Assembly: GCA_030752605.1 (NCBI GenBank)
Contig: JASMDX010000064.1
Location: 1 to 64,000, forward strand
Direction of reading: 5' to 3'
DNA length: 64,000 bases
From: Alphaproteobacteria bacterium
Lineage (GTDB): Bacteria; Pseudomonadota; Alphaproteobacteria; GCA-2731375
The notes beneath the pieces are model-generated. The model was not told where the DNA came from. It did no database searches and saw only the letters and a program-made list of their open reading frames with translations. A program made the translations under genes and the position numbers. This document shows, piece after piece, positions 47,228 through 57,434 of the stretch; the first letter of the stretch is position 1; every line of letters begins with the position of its first letter.

Positions 47228-47863
47228 CTATTTCGTGCCATAGAGGCGGTCGCCCGCATCGCCCAGGCCCGGCAGGATATAGCCGATATCACTCAATTGC
47301 CGGTCGATGGCGGCGGTCAGAATGGGAATCTCTGGATGTGCGGCGGCAAATGCCTTGACGCCTTCGGGGGCGGCGACCAGGGCAACAAATCGTATCTGTT
47401 TGGCGCCGGCCTCTTTCAGGCGCGTGACAGCAGCAGCGGAGGAATTGCCCGTAGCCAGCATGGGATCGACCACAATGACCTGCCGCTCGCCGATGGAATA
47501 GGGCAGCTTGAGATAGTATTCCACCGCCTCCAGGGTATCATGATCACGGTACATACCGATGTGGCCAACACGGGCCGAGGGGATCAGATCCAGCATACCT
47601 TCCAGCAAACCATTGCCGGCACGGAGGATGGAGACTAGGCAGAGTTTCTTGCCGTCCAGGGCGGGTGCCTGCATGACCTCGAGCGGGGTTTCGATTTCGA
47701 CCTGCTTCAAGGCCAGATCGCGCGTTGCTTCAAACGCCAGCAGCAAGGCGATTTCCCGCAACAACTGCCGGAATTCGGCTGTGGAGGTTTCCTTGCGCCG
47801 CAGCAAGGTCAATTTGTGCTGGATCAGGGGATGATCCGCCACTGTCACGTTTGCTGCCGCCAT
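47228..47863 (-). CDS. upp: uracil phosphoribosyltransferase
   Basis: The Upp family is recognised along the protein, from [12 protein letters not shown] through the C-terminal [10 protein letters not shown]. The product is 211 aa. Confidence 0.85.
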   Translation of the reverse strand: MAAANVTVADHPLIQHKLTLLRRKETSTAEFRQLLREIALLLAFEATRDLALKQVEIETPLEVMQAPALDGKKLCLVSILRAGNGLLEGMLDLIPSARVGHIGMYRDHDTLEAVEYYLKLPYSIGERQVIVVDPMLATGNSSAAAVTRLKEAGAKQIRFVALVAAPEGVKAFAAAHPEIPILTAAIDRQLSDIGYILPGLGDAGDRLYGTK

Positions 47864-48088
47864 TGCGCCAAGCCTCTCTGTTTATTCCCGGCACAGTGTA
47901 ACCAAGGGACCCGAAAGGACATAGCCCCTTCGCGGAATTGATATTCATGAGCGCTTTGATTGGTAGCCAAAGTATGGCTGTCGCGGAAGCCGAAAGCGGT
48001 TGCCGCCACATCAAATGCTTCGCCGCAGGAAGCATGGGAACACGATCAGAATACGGCTACTTTCTTGCTAAATCTGTTTTCATCTATG

Positions 48089-49093
48089 TCATATTAAATT
48101 TGAATATAAAATTGGGTTCCGGTTGGCGATTGACATAACGGGCGTATTTGACGAACCTTCGAACAATGGTCGAAGTGTACAAGGTCTAGACTTTCTGCCT
48201 TCGGACATATGCCTTCGTCCGGCGCCGACGTGATCGGCGTACATCTGGTTAACCGGCGCGCCGCCGACGATCACCTTCACATCATCGCGCAGTCCGGCTT
48301 CCGCCAAGGCGTCGATAATCTCCTTCATCTGCGGCATGGTCGTCGTGAGCAGCGCCGATAGGGCGACGATGTCGGGGCGGTGTTCGCGTACCTGTTCCAC
48401 CACCTCCTTGGTCGAGACGTTCACACCCATGTCGATGACCTCGAAACCGGTGCCCTTCATCATGGAAAGCACCATGTTCTTGCCGATATCGTGCAGGTCC
48501 CCCAACACCGTGCCGATCAGTACCCGCCCGCCACGCTTGACGTTGGAGGTCGCCAGATGCGGCTCCAGCAACTTCAGGCCGTCATTCATGGCCCGGGCCG
48601 AGAGCAGTACCTCGGGAATAAAAACCGTGCCATCGGAAAAACGGCCGCCGATCACGTCCATGGCCGGCAGCATGCCCTTATTCAGGATATCCTGGGCTGG
48701 ATAGCCCTGGTCCAGCAATTCCTGGGCATGTACCAGGATGTCTTCCTCCTCGCCTTCCAGAACATCGTTGGTGACCTGCCCGAAGGCTTCGCCGACATCC
48801 ATCTCAGCGATGGTTTCTTCAGTCGTTTTCGTGGGCGATTTGGGCGTCACCGCTGCCTTGGCTGCGTCAAGACTAGCCTCTGTAACCGGGCGGTAGCTGC
48901 CAGCGGTAAGCGGCAAACCACCCTCCTTCTCGATCCGGTCACCAATGTAGAGCAAGCGGTCGAAATCAGCATCGGGCGGCGTGGTATCGCCGATCGAGGC
49001 GATGAAGCGGGTACCCGGCGCAATGGTCTTGAACATGTTGTCCATGAAGTCCTTGAGGTCTTCATGGGTCGAGGATTTCTCCAGCAACAACAT
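48089..49093 (-). CDS. cobalamin (B12)-binding domain protein (corrinoid-protein-like) with an N-terminal extension of about 110 aa
   Basis: A B12-binding_2 cap is followed by the DxHxxG-type motif GTVLGDLHDIGKNMV and GVNV...ALSALLTT. The C-terminal tail is atypical. Confidence 0.6.
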   Translation of the reverse strand: MLLLEKSSTHEDLKDFMDNMFKTIAPGTRFIASIGDTTPPDADFDRLLYIGDRIEKEGGLPLTAGSYRPVTEASLDAAKAAVTPKSPTKTTEETIAEMDVGEAFGQVTNDVLEGEEEDILVHAQELLDQGYPAQDILNKGMLPAMDVIGGRFSDGTVFIPEVLLSARAMNDGLKLLEPHLATSNVKRGGRVLIGTVLGDLHDIGKNMVLSMMKGTGFEVIDMGVNVSTKEVVEQVREHRPDIVALSALLTTTMPQMKEIIDALAEAGLRDDVKVIVGGAPVNQMYADHVGAGRRHMSEGRKSRPCTLRPLFEGSSNTPVMSIANRNPILYSNLI

Positions 49094-49298
49094 CTCGGGA
49101 ATGCCACCATGGATGGTCAGGTGAAGCTAGCCAACCTGTAGGCGCGCCAATTTTATGGTGATAATCTTACACTATATCCGCTTAAATTGTGATCAATATC
49201 AAGTAAATCGGCTCGGAAAATCGGGGCGGAATATGTTAGTGTCCTGGATCGAAAATACGGGTAACCAGAGTTAGCGGTCAGGCACCGCAGCAGGGGAA

Positions 49299-49505
49299 AT
49301 GATGTCGTTGGACAAGACGGAAATCGAAGCGCGGATTGTCGCCTTGCAACAGGAACACCGGGACCTAGATGGCGCCATCGATGCCATGGTGGAAAAAGGC
49401 GCCTTCGATCAGCTACAGCTGCAACGCATGAAAAAGCGCAAGCTGGCCCTGCGCGATCTGATCAGACGGCTGGAGGCGCAGTTGGTGCCCGATATTATCG
49501 CCTAA
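49299..49505 (+). CDS. DUF465/YdcH-family small protein
   Basis: This 68-aa product, with RIVALQQEHRDLDGAIDAM, matches the YdcH family. Confidence 0.5.
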   Translation: MMSLDKTEIEARIVALQQEHRDLDGAIDAMVEKGAFDQLQLQRMKKRKLALRDLIRRLEAQLVPDIIA

Positions 49506-49543
49506 CGGAGACCCTTCAGACGGCGCGGCGAAACGCGCGGATA

Positions 49544-50299
49544 TTATTGTTGCTTGGCGGCCTGCGACGCGGGTTTTTTCAGGGCGTTCTTTTGCACATA
49601 CATGGCCCGGTCGGCGGCATCCATGGCTTGCTGCGCCGATTGGCCCTTTTTGAAGGTCGTAATGCCGTATGAGGCGCTCATGGTGAATTTCGCCCCGCCA
49701 TGTTCCACCGGCGTGGCCATGATCGCCTGGGCCAACTGGCGGCCCTTGACCAAGGCCTGTGCGGCATTGGTATGACTCAGGATAACACCGAATTCATCAC
49801 CGCCCAGACGGCCCAGCATATCGGATTCGCGCAGATTGTCGGAAAGGGCGTTGGCCACGTGTAACAGGGCGGCATCGCCGGCGGCATGGCCGTATTCGTC
49901 ATTGATCCGCTTGAAATCATTCAGATCGAAATAAACCAGGCTGGAAACGGCGGCGTAACGTTCGTTGTAGGAGATCGCCCGGCCCATTTCCCGCATCAAG
50001 GCACGGCGGTTCGGGATCAACACCAGGGTATCCTCGTCCGCCAGGCGCTCCATATAGGCCAGACGGCTGTTCACACGCTCCACCTCCGCCTGCAGACCCT
50101 CGACCTCCTGCATCAGGGTCAGGATGGCCTGGCGCACCTTTGGCGTCAGTTCCGGCTCTGGAATGCCCATGACGGTGGCGCTGTCCGTCGGCGCGGCCAC
50201 GCCAAGATCCGAGGACGAAGCATAGGCTCCCGTCGCCGACGCCGGGTTTCGGCGCTGCGCCGCGGTGGGCCGCACGGGACGTGTTTCAGGAATCTTCAT
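49544..50299 (-). CDS. GGDEF-domain diguanylate cyclase
   Basis: The motifs DLNDFKRINDEYGHAAGD and RLGGDEF are present. An N-terminal coiled coil precedes the domain. Confidence 0.8.
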   Translation of the reverse strand: MKIPETRPVRPTAAQRRNPASATGAYASSSDLGVAAPTDSATVMGIPEPELTPKVRQAILTLMQEVEGLQAEVERVNSRLAYMERLADEDTLVLIPNRRALMREMGRAISYNERYAAVSSLVYFDLNDFKRINDEYGHAAGDAALLHVANALSDNLRESDMLGRLGGDEFGVILSHTNAAQALVKGRQLAQAIMATPVEHGGAKFTMSASYGITTFKKGQSAQQAMDAADRAMYVQKNALKKPASQAAKQQ

Positions 50300-50630
50300 A
50301 CTTTCAGCGTCTGCTTTCCATGGCGAATACTACCCGACACGACAGGAAACGTGCTGTAATCTCGCGGGAGTCTTCCTCATATTACGCAAAAACTAGCAAA
50401 GCAAAGGTTAACAAAGCTTTTGGAAGCGCCCGTAACTCAATCTCGACCCTATTATTTAGCGATTGTCCACCAAAATTGCTAGAAAAAGCAAAATTCCAGG
50501 TGGGTTGGCGCCGGGCAAGAGCCTATAATCCCGGCCCGAATTGGCCCAGCCTTCAGGCTATACCGGCGTCCAGTAATACCAAGTTGCGGTGATAAAGAGC
50601 TTGGGCGAGTGTTTTGCACGGAGAGTGAAT

Positions 50631-51125
50631 ATGACGAAAACAGAAGCCAAGGTCGGCGTTATCATGGGAAGCCGCTCTGACTGGCCGACCATGCGCCATG
50701 CGGTTGAGGTTCTCGAGGAACTGGGCGTAACGGTGGAAAGCCGGGTCGTCTCCGCCCACCGTACGCCGCAGCGCCTCTATGATTATGCCGCCGCCGCCGC
50801 TGGGCGCGGCCTTTCGGTGATCATCGCCGGTGCCGGTGGTGCGGCCCATCTTCCGGGCATGGCGGCGTCCATGACCAACCTGCCAGTGCTGGGCGTACCG
50901 GTGGAAAGCAAGGCATTGCAAGGCATGGACAGCCTGCTCTCCATCGTGCAGATGCCCAAGGGCGTACCGGTGGGCACCCTGGCCATTGGCCACTCGGGCG
51001 CCGTCAACGCGGGCCTGATGGCCGCCTCCATCGTCGCCTTGCAGGACGAGGCCGTGGCTCAGGCGCTGGCCGCCTGGCGGGCCCGGCAGACCGACGCCGT
51101 ACCTGACAATCCAGATGAAGACTAG
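50631..51125 (+). CDS. purE: N5-carboxyaminoimidazole ribonucleotide mutase
   Basis: The motifs [11 protein letters not shown] and [10 protein letters not shown] are present. The start at ATG 50631 is preceded by GGAGAG. Confidence 0.85.
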   Translation: MTKTEAKVGVIMGSRSDWPTMRHAVEVLEELGVTVESRVVSAHRTPQRLYDYAAAAAGRGLSVIIAGAGGAAHLPGMAASMTNLPVLGVPVESKALQGMDSLLSIVQMPKGVPVGTLAIGHSGAVNAGLMAASIVALQDEAVAQALAAWRARQTDAVPDNPDED

Positions 51126-51147
51126 CCCCGATGAGGATTGGCGTCAT

Positions 51148-52239
51148 ATGATCCCCCTTCCCTCCGGCAGCCGGATTGGCATTCTGGGTGGAGGCCAGCT
51201 GGGCCGGATGCTGGCTCTGGCGGCCGCACCCCTTGGCTACCGATGTCATATCTTCGGGCCTGAAGCGGCGCCGCCGGCGAGCCAGGTGGCGGACGCCGTA
51301 ACCATCGCGGACTATCTGGATGAGGCGGCATTGAACAGATTCGCCGAATCAGTCGATGTGGTCACCCTGGAATTCGAGAATGTGCCCGCCGCCGCCCTTG
51401 AATTCCTGGCCGATCGCGTTCCCGTGCGACCCGGCGCCAAGGCCTTGGCCACGGCCCAGGACCGCCTGGTTGAAAAGGACTTCGCCAACAGCGTCGGCGC
51501 GGCAACGGCACCCTACGCCACGGTGGACGGCCTGGCGGATTTAAAGGCGGCGATAGCAGAAATCGGACCCCGGGCGGTATTGAAAACCCGGCGCATGGGC
51601 TATGACGGCAAGGGCCAGGTGATGCTGGGCCCGGATTCGGATTTGGTGCAGGCATGGGCGGCCATGGCCGGTGCGCCATCCATTTTGGAGGGTTTTATTC
51701 CCTTTGACGGCGAAGTCTCGGTGATCGCGGCCCGCAGCCTGGACGGCAGGGTCAGCGCCTATCCCCCAATAGCCAACCGGCACCGCGATCATATTCTGGA
51801 TATATCGGAGGTGCCCGCGGACTTGAATCCGATCCAGACCAAACGTGCCATCGCCATCGCCACGGATCTGATCAGCACCCTGGAATATGTTGGCATCATG
51901 GCAGTGGAGATGTTTGTTACCGGCGATAATATGTTGGTCAACGAGATGGCGCCACGGGTGCATAATTCCGGCCATTGGAGCATCGAGGGTGCGGAGACCA
52001 GCCAATTCGAACAGCATATCCGGGCTATCTGCGGCCTACCCCTGGGCGCCACGGACTTGCGCGGCCGGGTGGAGATGCGCAATCTGATCGGCGATGATGT
52101 GGACCAGGTGCCGGCGCTGCTGGCCGAGCCGGGCGCGCATCTGCACCTGTATGGCAAGGTCGAGGTGCGCGCGGGCCGCAAGATGGGCCATGTCACCTAT
52201 GTGCGGCCGGATTCCGGGGCAAAGGACAGCGCCCCGTGA
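51148..52239 (+). CDS. purK: N5-carboxyaminoimidazole ribonucleotide synthase
   Basis: An ATP-grasp domain follows the N-terminal RIGILGGGQLGRML. It is immediately downstream of purE. Confidence 0.85.
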   Translation: MIPLPSGSRIGILGGGQLGRMLALAAAPLGYRCHIFGPEAAPPASQVADAVTIADYLDEAALNRFAESVDVVTLEFENVPAAALEFLADRVPVRPGAKALATAQDRLVEKDFANSVGAATAPYATVDGLADLKAAIAEIGPRAVLKTRRMGYDGKGQVMLGPDSDLVQAWAAMAGAPSILEGFIPFDGEVSVIAARSLDGRVSAYPPIANRHRDHILDISEVPADLNPIQTKRAIAIATDLISTLEYVGIMAVEMFVTGDNMLVNEMAPRVHNSGHWSIEGAETSQFEQHIRAICGLPLGATDLRGRVEMRNLIGDDVDQVPALLAEPGAHLHLYGKVEVRAGRKMGHVTYVRPDSGAKDSAP

Positions 52240-53279
52240 TTTGGAATTTGGGCCTACGGCTGCTGCATCTGCTCGACCCCGAGGATGCCCACCGCCTGAC
52301 CATCCGAGCCCTGCGCCTCGGGCTGGGCCCCAATGTTTCCGCCAATCCCGATCCCATCCTTGCCAGCCGCCATTGGGGCCTGGATTTTCCCACCCCTTTG
52401 GGTGTCGCCGCTGGCTTCGACAAGAATGCCGAGGTGCCGGTGCAGGCCGCGGCCATGGGCTTCAGCTTTGTCGAAATCGGCTCCGTCACGCCGCAACCGC
52501 AGGCTGGCAATCCCCGGCCCCGGCTGTTCCGCCTGTCGGACGATAGCGCGGTGATCAACCGCAACGGCTTTAACAACGAAGGCCTGGGTACGGTGGCCCG
52601 GCGCCTCGCGCCATTGGGCGGCCGCCACTTTATTCTGGGCGCTAATCTAGGCGCCAATAAGGACAGCGAGGACCGCATCGCCGATTATGCTGCCGGAATG
52701 GCAGCCCTGGGGCCCTTGGCTGACTATGTGGTCGTCAACGTCTCCTCCCCCAACACGCCAGGCTTGCGTGATTTGCAGACCCACGAGGCACTGGAGGCAT
52801 TGTTGACCGGTGTCCGCCAGGCCTGCCCCGAACCGCCGCCCGTACTGGTCAAGATAGCACCTGATTTCGACGGCGAAGGCCTGGCCACGCTGGCCAGGAC
52901 CCTGCTGGCCCTGTCCGTGGACGGTGTGATCCTCGGCAACACAACCATTGGCTTGCGCGACGGCTTGAAAAGCCGCCATCGGGGTGAAACCGGCGGCCTG
53001 AGCGGTCAACCGCTGTTCGAATTCTCGACCCAGCAGTTGGCAGCCTTTCATCGCCACAGCGGCGGCAAGATTCCTCTTATCGGCGTTGGCGGAATCGATA
53101 GCGCCGAAACCGCCTATGCCAAGATCCGCAATGGCGCCTCGTTGATCCAGCTTTACACCGGGCTGATCTATAAAGGCCCCGGTCTGATCCCCGCCATCAC
53201 TAACGGCCTAGCCCACCTATTGCGCCAGGACGGTTTCGGTAATATCACCGAGGCGGTCGGGGTGGACGCTACTCACTGA
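52236..53279 (+). CDS. pyrD: dihydroorotate dehydrogenase (quinone), class 2
   Basis: The N-terminal helix and the motif GVAAGFDKN are present. The GTG start overlaps the purK stop (GTGA). Confidence 0.85.
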   Translation: MIWNLGLRLLHLLDPEDAHRLTIRALRLGLGPNVSANPDPILASRHWGLDFPTPLGVAAGFDKNAEVPVQAAAMGFSFVEIGSVTPQPQAGNPRPRLFRLSDDSAVINRNGFNNEGLGTVARRLAPLGGRHFILGANLGANKDSEDRIADYAAGMAALGPLADYVVVNVSSPNTPGLRDLQTHEALEALLTGVRQACPEPPPVLVKIAPDFDGEGLATLARTLLALSVDGVILGNTTIGLRDGLKSRHRGETGGLSGQPLFEFSTQQLAAFHRHSGGKIPLIGVGGIDSAETAYAKIRNGASLIQLYTGLIYKGPGLIPAITNGLAHLLRQDGFGNITEAVGVDATH

Positions 53280-54019
53280 CGCAGGATCAGCTTGCGGCCG
53301 TGAATTTCGAACGAACCCAGGCGGTCCAGGAATGACATGCCCAGCAAGGATGCGCTCATCTCTGCCTCATTGACCGATACGGCCACCTTATTGAATTGAA
53401 TGGGCCCGATGGACAAGGTATCGAGGACGTAAGGCGCACCGCGGCCCCGGCCATTGGCGGTCTGATAGATTTTTGTATAGTGCAGGGCCCCGAGATCGAC
53501 ACCAAGGCGTTTTGCGTCCGACGGCGTGAGGACGATATCCGAGGCGCCGGTGTCGATCATGAAACGGATGCGCGCGCCATGGGCTTGTCCCATGGCATAG
53601 AAATGCCCATCAGACCCTTGGGTCAGGCTAAGGACACCGTCCTGGTCCACCGTGGGGTCGCTGGGGAACAGCTCCGCCCCGACGCGGGCGCCAACCGCGG
53701 AAAGCTCGTCCTGGTAAGTGTAGATCAGGACCAGAACCGCCGCAGCGCCGGTCCAGATCGCGATATTGCGCACTATCTCGCCAAGATTTATCCGTCTAGC
53801 CACCAACAACCCGCTGGAAACCAAGGCCAATATGGTCACCAGGCGCACCAGATCAATTTTATCGTCGTCCGAGGAGAGGCGGCCCGAGAAATGGCCAGAC
53901 AGCCACCAGACGGCAAGGCCGGCGGTGCATAACAGCGCCAGCCACAACAACACGCCGAACGGAAAGCCAGAACGCTTACGTCCCGGCGACAGCGCCCATG
54001 GCCCCGGCTTGTCAGGCAT
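53273..54019 (-). CDS. TIGR02281-type retropepsin-like aspartic protease with an N-terminal membrane anchor
   Basis: There are TM helices and two DTGA/DTGAS-type segments (FMIDTGASDIVL). Confidence 0.7.
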   Translation of the reverse strand: MPDKPGPWALSPGRKRSGFPFGVLLWLALLCTAGLAVWWLSGHFSGRLSSDDDKIDLVRLVTILALVSSGLLVARRINLGEIVRNIAIWTGAAAVLVLIYTYQDELSAVGARVGAELFPSDPTVDQDGVLSLTQGSDGHFYAMGQAHGARIRFMIDTGASDIVLTPSDAKRLGVDLGALHYTKIYQTANGRGRGAPYVLDTLSIGPIQFNKVAVSVNEAEMSASLLGMSFLDRLGSFEIHGRKLILRQ

Positions 54020-54021
54020 CG

Positions 54022-56283
54022 TTACCGGCGCGCGGCCTCGTGCGCGGCCAGGGCGGCCATGTTTACCAGATCGCCCACCGAGGCACCCATGGCGGCGATC
54101 TGCACCGGCTTCTCCAGACCCACAAGGATCGGGCCGATCACCGTGCCGCCGCCCAATTCCTGCAACAGCTTGGACGAGATATTGGCCGAATGCAGCGCCG
54201 GCATGACCAGTACGTTTGCTGGGCCCGACAGACGGGAGAAGGGATAAAGCTCCTTCAAATCCGGGTTCAGGGCCACGTCCGCCGACATCTCGCCGTCGTA
54301 TTCAAAATCCGTGACCCGGCTGTCCATCAAGGCCACTGCCTCGCGCACCCGATCGGCGGTGGGCCAGCCGGGATCGCCGAAGTTCGAATAAGACAGCATG
54401 GCGACGCGTGGTTCGTGGCCCAGGCGGCGGGCGACTTCCGCCGTCTGCACGGCGATATCCGCCATTTCGACCGAGGAGGGCAATTCATGTACCGTGGTAT
54501 CCGCCACGAATACAGTCTGCCCCCGGGCCAGCACCATGGATAGACCGAACACCCGCTTGCCCCGCTGGGCATCGATCACCCGGCGCACATCGTCATAGGC
54601 GGCGTTATAACTGCGCGTCACGCCGGTGACCATTGCATCCACCTCGTCCAGCGCCAGCATGCAGGAGGCATAAATATTGCGGTCCTGATTAACCAGGCGT
54701 TGGCAGTCGCGATACAAAAAACCATTGCGCTGCAAACGCTGGTACAGGAAATCGGCGTAGGGTTCATTGCTTTCCTGGCTCAGCGCGGCGTTGAGTATCT
54801 CAACGCCTTCCAGGCTTTCAATACCCAGACGCTCCATGCTCTCGGCGATCCGTTCCTCGCGTCCGATCAGGATCGGGTCGCCATAGCCTGATTCATAAAA
54901 GCTTAGCGCGGCGCGGATCACCCGCTCTTCCTCGCCCTCGGCGAAGACCACGCGTTTGTGTTCGGCCCTGACCTGATCAAAGATCAACTGCAAGGTACCC
55001 GCCGTTGGATCAAGGCGGCGGCGCAGCTCCAGGGCATAGGCCGCCTCGTCATCGATATCGCGGCGCGCCACACCGGTACGGATCGCGGCCTTGGCCACGG
55101 CCATGGGGATGTCCGTCATCAGACGGGGATCGAACGGTGCGGGAATGATGTATTCCGGGCCATAGCGCAGGGACGCCTTGCCATAGGCCTGGGCCACCTC
55201 GTCGGGCACGTCCTGGCGGGCCAGATCGGCCAAGGCCTGGGCGGCAGCGATCTTCATCTCGTCATTGATGGATATCGCGCGCACATCCAGGGCACCGCGG
55301 AAGATATAGGGGAAACCCAGAACATTGTTGACCTGGTTTGGATAATCGGAACGGCCGGTGGCCACGATGGCATCACCGCGCACCTCGGCGACCTCCTCGG
55401 GCGTGACCTCAGGATCCGGATTGGCCATGGCGAAGATGATCGGCTTGGGCGCCATGGAGGCGATCATTTCCTGCGGGAAGGCGCCACGTGCGGAGAGGCC
55501 GAAGACCGCATCGGCGCCGTCCATGGCCTCGGCCAGGCTGCGCTTGGAGGTATCCACCGCGTGGGCCGATTTCCATTGGTTCATACCATCTTCCCGGCCC
55601 TGATAGATCACCCCCCGGGTATCGCAGACGACAACATTCTCGCTTGGCATACCCATGGATTTGACCAGTTCGACGCAGGCGATGCCGGCGGAACCGGCGC
55701 CGTTCACCACCAGCTTGGTCTCTGCCATGCTGCGTCCGGTAAGATCTACCGCGTTGATCAGGCCGGCGGCGGCGATGATCGCGGTGCCGTGCTGATCATC
55801 ATGAAACACGGGGATATCCATCATCTCGCGCAACCGCTGTTCGATGATGAAGCAATCAGGGGCGCGGATGTCTTCCAGATTTATACCGCCAAAGCCCTTG
55901 CCCAAGAAGCGCACGCAGTTGATGAATTCGTCCACGTCCTCGGTATCGACCTCGATATCGATAGAATCCACATCGGCGAAGCGCTTGAACAATACCGCCT
56001 TGCCCTCCATCACCGGCTTGGCGCCCAGAGGTCCCAGATTGCCCAGGCCAAGCACGGCGGTACCGTTGGAGATGACGGCGACCAGATTACCCTTGGAGGT
56101 ATAGTCATAGGCCAAGTCAGGATTATCCGTAATGCGCAAACAGGGCGCGGCCACGCCGGGGGAATAGGCCAGGCTCAAGTCCCTTTGCGTGGCCATGGGT
56201 TTGGTCGCGGTGATAGACAGCTTGCCGGGTCGGCCTTCGGAATGAAAGCGCAAGGCTTCATCATTTTGATAAGTGTTATCCAT
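54022..56283 (-). CDS. maeB: NADP-dependent malic enzyme (malic enzyme domain plus phosphotransacetylase-like domain)
   Basis: The malic-enzyme NAD(P)-binding segment VVNGAGSAGIA is followed by a C-terminal PTA-like domain. The start is taken at ATG 56283 (MDNTYQND). Confidence 0.85.
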   Translation of the reverse strand: MDNTYQNDEALRFHSEGRPGKLSITATKPMATQRDLSLAYSPGVAAPCLRITDNPDLAYDYTSKGNLVAVISNGTAVLGLGNLGPLGAKPVMEGKAVLFKRFADVDSIDIEVDTEDVDEFINCVRFLGKGFGGINLEDIRAPDCFIIEQRLREMMDIPVFHDDQHGTAIIAAAGLINAVDLTGRSMAETKLVVNGAGSAGIACVELVKSMGMPSENVVVCDTRGVIYQGREDGMNQWKSAHAVDTSKRSLAEAMDGADAVFGLSARGAFPQEMIASMAPKPIIFAMANPDPEVTPEEVAEVRGDAIVATGRSDYPNQVNNVLGFPYIFRGALDVRAISINDEMKIAAAQALADLARQDVPDEVAQAYGKASLRYGPEYIIPAPFDPRLMTDIPMAVAKAAIRTGVARRDIDDEAAYALELRRRLDPTAGTLQLIFDQVRAEHKRVVFAEGEEERVIRAALSFYESGYGDPILIGREERIAESMERLGIESLEGVEILNAALSQESNEPYADFLYQRLQRNGFLYRDCQRLVNQDRNIYASCMLALDEVDAMVTGVTRSYNAAYDDVRRVIDAQRGKRVFGLSMVLARGQTVFVADTTVHELPSSVEMADIAVQTAEVARRLGHEPRVAMLSYSNFGDPGWPTADRVREAVALMDSRVTDFEYDGEMSADVALNPDLKELYPFSRLSGPANVLVMPALHSANISSKLLQELGGGTVIGPILVGLEKPVQIAAMGASVGDLVNMAALAAHEAARR

Positions 56284-56525
56284 TGTCTTAAGCCATTCCC
56301 TGGTTGTGGCAGCCTGATGCCGCTCCAATCCGCACGCAATTTTCCTGGCGCGCATAAACGATACAGTATTTTCCGCTAGCTATCACAGCACATTCAGGCA
56401 TGCCAATATTTTCAACACGGCCTGGTCCAGAACCTAGAAAAGCCTTCTCAGGGCTTTCGCTATTGACTACGTTCGGCAAATACCATCGAGATCAAGGCGT
56501 CAGGACCCCTGTGTAAGAGAGATGT

Positions 56526-57434
56526 GTGAGCAAGAGTAACGCCCCCGTATCACCACAAGTCGGCTATGTCCTGCTCGTCGCGACCTGGCTATGCTGGGGC
56601 TTCAGCTATCCGGCGACCGCCTTCGTGCTGGACAGCATGGATGTGTGGAGCAGCCGCGTTCTGGTCATGACCGCTGCCGCCACCGTCCTGCTGGTCCTGG
56701 GCTGGATGCAAGGGGCGTCTTTGGCGGTACCGCGCAGCTATTGGCGGGATCTAACAATCGCGGCGATTTGCAATATGGCGGTCTTCCAGATCTGCATGAC
56801 CTATGGCGTGCAGCTGCTCAGTGCCGGGCGAACCTCAGTCATCGTCTATACCATGCCGTTATGGGCAAGCATTTTTGCCCACTTTCTGCTGGGCGAGCGC
56901 CTGACCAGGGCCCGGTTCGCGGCCCTGTGTCTGGGCCTTGTGGGCCTGGTGGTGCTGATCTGGCAGGATCTATCGCACTTGCGAAATGCGCCGGTAGGTG
57001 CTGGACTGACCTTGTTCGCTGCCATCCTTTTCGCTCTCGGCGTGGTCTGGATGAAACGGCGGGCCTGGCAAAACGACCCAACCGTACTGGCGGGCTGGCA
57101 GCTATTAATCGGCGCCGTCCCGGTGACAATAATCTGGAGCCTGAGTGATGCCACGCTGTCCCTGTCCAGCCTCAGCAGGGAAAGCTGGACTGCTATCGTT
57201 TATCTGGTCGTGATCGCTAATGCCCTGGCCTATTTCTCCTGGTTCCGGGTGATCGCCGCCTTCCCGGCCACGGTCACGGGCATTGGCGCCATGGCGGTGC
57301 CCATCGTCGGCGTGATGGCCAGCGCCTGGTTGCTGGACGAGAAACTGGGCTGGCGCGAATGGCTGGCCCTGGCCTTGATCATCAGCGCCCTGGCGGCCAA
57401 TCTGGTCCCGACCCTGCAGAGGCGGACACGCTAA
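56526..57434 (+). CDS. DMT-superfamily (EamA-like) transporter
   Basis: The product has 10 predicted TM helices and duplicated EamA halves. Confidence 0.75.
   Translation: MSKSNAPVSPQVGYVLLVATWLCWGFSYPATAFVLDSMDVWSSRVLVMTAAATVLLVLGWMQGASLAVPRSYWRDLTIAAICNMAVFQICMTYGVQLLSAGRTSVIVYTMPLWASIFAHFLLGERLTRARFAALCLGLVGLVVLIWQDLSHLRNAPVGAGLTLFAAILFALGVVWMKRRAWQNDPTVLAGWQLLIGAVPVTIIWSLSDATLSLSSLSRESWTAIVYLVVIANALAYFSWFRVIAAFPATVTGIGAMAVPIVGVMASAWLLDEKLGWREWLALALIISALAANLVPTLQRRTR

Noticed and set aside
50300-50630. Possible riboswitch (ZTP/pfl-like CCGGGC element) in the 330-nt leader of purE
   Set aside because: There is only a loose CCGGGC match. No ACUGGC/CCGCCUGGGCA pseudoknot partners are recognisable, and purE is not a usual ZTP target.
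54958-56379. A 473-aa plus-strand ORF opposite maeB
   Set aside because: It is antisense to malic enzyme and is Gly/Asp/His-rich shadow sequence.
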